Source of the DNA: Phaeosaccion multiseriatum
Lineage: Eukaryota > Protista > Ochrophyta, other classes
DNA: 64,000 nt
NCBI GenBank assembly: GCA_965112735.1
Contig: OZ218956.1
Location: forward strand, 3,224,001 to 3,288,000
Direction of reading: 5' to 3'
This document shows positions 61,058 to 64,000 of this stretch, one piece after another (the first letter of the stretch is position 1; the number at the start of each line of letters is the position of its first letter). Both the position numbers and the translations under genes were made by a program. A model generated the notes under the pieces. The model ran no database searches. It was not told where the DNA came from and saw nothing but the letters and a program-made list of their open reading frames with translations.

Positions 61058-62161
61058 ATGAAGAGTTTTACTCTTTCTCCCTCTCCGCCCTTTCTCTTTC
61101 TATCTCGTCTTACTGCTAGGAGGGGAGGTTTGGAGCAGGGCAAGAAGAGACATCAGTTCGTTTCACCTCCCCCATGCTGCAGTGCTTCAGTGTTTGCTGA
61201 GGAGCCAGCGGTGCACCTCTGTGCCGAGGATGGTAAGGCTTGTACCAAGGCTCTGTTTCAGGAGGTGGTCCTCAGCAAAATCATGGAGTACAGTGGCGGG
61301 TGCGATTACTTCTTCATAGCGGCAGTGAACAGAGAGTGGAAGGAGCACAATAGACGACTCCATGCGGCTAAGACCACGCACAAGAGCGTAGCAGGGTCCA
61401 TCGAGCGCTTGCTTTGGGCCATCAAACACGGGTATGAGCTGAGCGTGAAGACGTTTCGGGCCGCGGCTGAGCATGGAGACTTGCTCATGTGCCAGACGCT
61501 TCGTGGCCTGGGCTGTCCATGGGACGAGAGCGTTTGTTTAGCTGCCGCGGGAAGTGCGGACGGCCGTCTCCTTCTTCAGTGTCTGCGAGGAGGGGAGGAG
61601 GAGGAGGACCTGCACCTGCCAGGCGGAAAGGAGAGCATATGCCCCTGGCACAACGAGGTGGTCTCACAAGCAGCTTGGTGTGGACACATCGCCACGCTTC
61701 AATGGCTTCTTTCAGACGGCGTGGATGCACCATTCAACTGGACGGTGGTGGGAGTAGCCATCAAGTCCGGTCGCGTCGGGGTGGTGGAGTGGCTATTCCG
61801 CCACCCCAAAATCATAGCTGCCATGGAGGACGACGCGGCTCACAGTGGATGGAGCATGGGGGCCCACCTCGCAGCCGCAGAGGGCAATCTGGACATGATA
61901 AAGTGGCTGCATGCCGAGCACCGGGACAAGTGCCGCTGGGGCGGAGTCCAGCTCTGCTCGTGGGCGGCTGTGATGGGGCAGAGCCTCACCATGTTACAGT
62001 GGCTGAGGTCCGATGCTGTGGAGTGCGACTGGAGCGAGAGGGTGTGCCCACAGTTCAACAAAAACTGCGGCCAGGACTACGGCATGGACCCCGTCGCCTT
62101 TAAGGAGATTACGCAGTGGGTGCATGAAAATGGACGCCCATGCAACTGCCCACGGGTCTAG
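61058..62161 (+). CDS. Divergent ankyrin-like repeat protein (AAxxGxL..WL..GCPWD type), intronless
   Basis: AAEHGDLLMCQTLRGLGCPWDE, AAWCGHIATLQWL, AIKSGRVGVVEWL, AAAEGNLDMIKWLH; N-terminal F-box-like segment YFFIAAVNREWKE. The true start may be downstream. Confidence 0.75.
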   Translation: MKSFTLSPSPPFLFLSRLTARRGGLEQGKKRHQFVSPPPCCSASVFAEEPAVHLCAEDGKACTKALFQEVVLSKIMEYSGGCDYFFIAAVNREWKEHNRRLHAAKTTHKSVAGSIERLLWAIKHGYELSVKTFRAAAEHGDLLMCQTLRGLGCPWDESVCLAAAGSADGRLLLQCLRGGEEEEDLHLPGGKESICPWHNEVVSQAAWCGHIATLQWLLSDGVDAPFNWTVVGVAIKSGRVGVVEWLFRHPKIIAAMEDDAAHSGWSMGAHLAAAEGNLDMIKWLHAEHRDKCRWGGVQLCSWAAVMGQSLTMLQWLRSDAVECDWSERVCPQFNKNCGQDYGMDPVAFKEITQWVHENGRPCNCPRV

Positions 62162-62576
62162 TATGCGAACTTCAAAGAAAAAAGCATGAAGGAGGAGGAG
62201 GAGAACGAAGAAGAGAAGAACAAGATGATGAAGAGTAGTCATTCTGCCGTGAAAGCACAAAGAAGTGCAGTATTCCCAAAGTGTGGGGAACCAAACCCCT
62301 AATTTTTTTTCCTTCCTTCCCTTTTTTCAAGTACTGAAACTAACAATTTATCATTGAGTTGTACGGAGTGTACGCGGTTCCTGGAACTGCCAAGGAGCAA
62401 GCAAGTTTATCTATCCTACCTTCCCTCACCTTCCCTACGATTTCATATCACATGACACACTTGTCTGCTGCTGCTGCTGCTGCTGCTACGACACGGCACT
62501 TTCTTTGGCCGGCCCACACCCACCACCACGAGTTTTGCAGCGTACATACGCATAAGCTCCCCTCTCCTTTGCTCTT

Positions 62577-63934
62577 TTACCCCCACAGCACGAGCCCGAG
62601 TCCAGGCAGCACCAGCGCCACAACGGCGGCAATGTAGGCAGCCGGGCTGGTGGATGGGTGGGATAGAGCAAGCGATTTGATCGGTCGGGCGAGACACCAC
62701 CAGCGGGTAGGGAGGAGAAGGCGTGAGAGAAGAACGTGGGAGGGTATTGGAGAGGCAAACAAACGTCGGTGGGACATCCGGACAAGGTGAGGGGTGGGGT
62801 GTTCGTGTTAGGGACGAGGAATAGAGAGGGCTTCGCAAGCGCTCCCATCAACAGCCCATGTACACATCCACACGCATATCAAGACAACAGAGATACGAGA
62901 GAGAGGGACAGGTAGAGAGGAAGAAAGAGGGGACGAGAGGGAGAACGCCGTGCATAGACCGTGAGAGAGAGGCAGAGAGAGAAACGAAAGAGAGAAAAGA
63001 CAGGCCGACAGACAAAGGTTCAACCAAAACGAGAGAGGGAAGCAAGAGAAAAGGTTCCCCGGTCTACTCACAAGAAGCTGGCTTTGGTCTGCTGCACCAC
63101 AAACACGCCAATGTAGAGCAAGCCCCCATAGTAGGGCGCAATGCTGAGGTAAGGGCGGAGTGCCACCGTACTGAATGGGTCCAATCGCCGCTTCAAGACG
63201 GCGTAGCCAAAGTCAAGGTCGCCGTTCCACTGCCCCCTGTCGCCCGCCGCCTTCTTGGTGTCTATGAGTGCTTTGGTGATGGCTTCCTTCGTGAGGTTGT
63301 CATCCACGGTTCCCTCGCTGCTCAGGTCGGTTAAGCCCTCAATCCTCACCATCGCTTCCATAATGTCGGAGCTGCCCTGCGCAGTCTTCAGAGCTCGAAT
63401 GGCCTTGTCTACCTCGTTTCCGCTTACATCGACGGCTTTGCTTGTTTGTACCTCGTTGACCTCGTCGTCGGCTAATGTGATGAGGGAGCGCTCTATAGCA
63501 CTTGCTCCTCCTGGTGCTGCCACGGCTGCTGAGGGAAGGACCGCATTGAGCCCTACCATGGTAAAGAGACCCACCGCCATCAAGCCCATGGCTTCGCTCT
63601 GCACGCCTTTGACGAATGCGCCAGCCAATGACCGCTTTGCAGCTCCTCCTTCTCTTCCTTCTCCTGCTCCTCCTGCTGCTTGCTGCTGTACTGCACTACG
63701 CTGCCGCCGCTGGTTTCCCCCTATTTTCCAAACAGTGGCGAATTCTCTCCGTCCACTGTTGCTGCTGCTCTGCGCACGTCCCGCCCCCCTCACTGATCTG
63801 AGGAGTGGGGAGGGCACGCTCACTTGAAAGGAGCATCCCTCGCCCAGCAGCTCCACTACTGCCACAACCGCCACGAGCAACCTAGCCAAGGAGGTCCTCT
63901 GTCCTCGAGGACAGGCTCTGCGGCAGGTAACCAT
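62577..63934 (-). CDS. Putative plastid (thylakoid) membrane protein, 2 exons (63934-63072, 62646-62577)
   Basis: Hydrophobic signal (LLVAVVAVVELL) followed by GCS-F, an R/S-rich transit-like segment, a second hydrophobic AxA signal (LFTMVGLNAVLPSAAVA) and two C-terminal TM helices after splicing (GGLLYIGVFVV; AAYIAAVVALVLPGLGLVLWG*). Confidence 0.62.
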
Positions 63935-64000
63935 TGGTCCTCTCTCCTCCTTCTCGTGTGGTGAGGCAGGGCGATGTTTTTATCGATGATCATGATCTCG

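Overview
Eukaryotic nuclear DNA: GC-rich, gene-dense, with GT-AG introns filled with microsatellites and CDSs carrying long GGA/CAG tracts. The source is probably an ochrophyte (stramenopile) alga, because one gene has a signal peptide followed by an F+1 plastid-type presequence. About 15 protein-coding genes are supported: cyclin-Y-like, TSET small subunit (TSPOON/LOLITA-like), two intronless PPR paralogs, a 2xF-BAR-GRAM-VASt-TM protein, a DEK1-like multi-TM calpain, CutC, an EF-hand/PGYxG protein, a Kex1-like carboxypeptidase, PDS5, Tonsoku-like, an ankyrin-like protein, a plastid membrane protein and two hypotheticals. No rRNA, tRNA or CRISPR array was seen. Main novelties: (1) a dispersed 16-nt motif, CAGTTGGTGATACAGC, sitting in CAG tracts of unrelated genes in different reading frames and, as variants, in an intron; (2) two PPR-Smr paralogs with intact, DNA-homogenised arrays, different code residues and independently destroyed Smr nuclease tails, each preceded by the same small TIR element (one with a 7-bp TSD); (3) a DEK1-like calpain lacking its catalytic Cys and His; (4) introns whose two ends carry complementary repeat types. 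All family calls come from recalled motifs, not database searches, and exon boundaries were read by eye.
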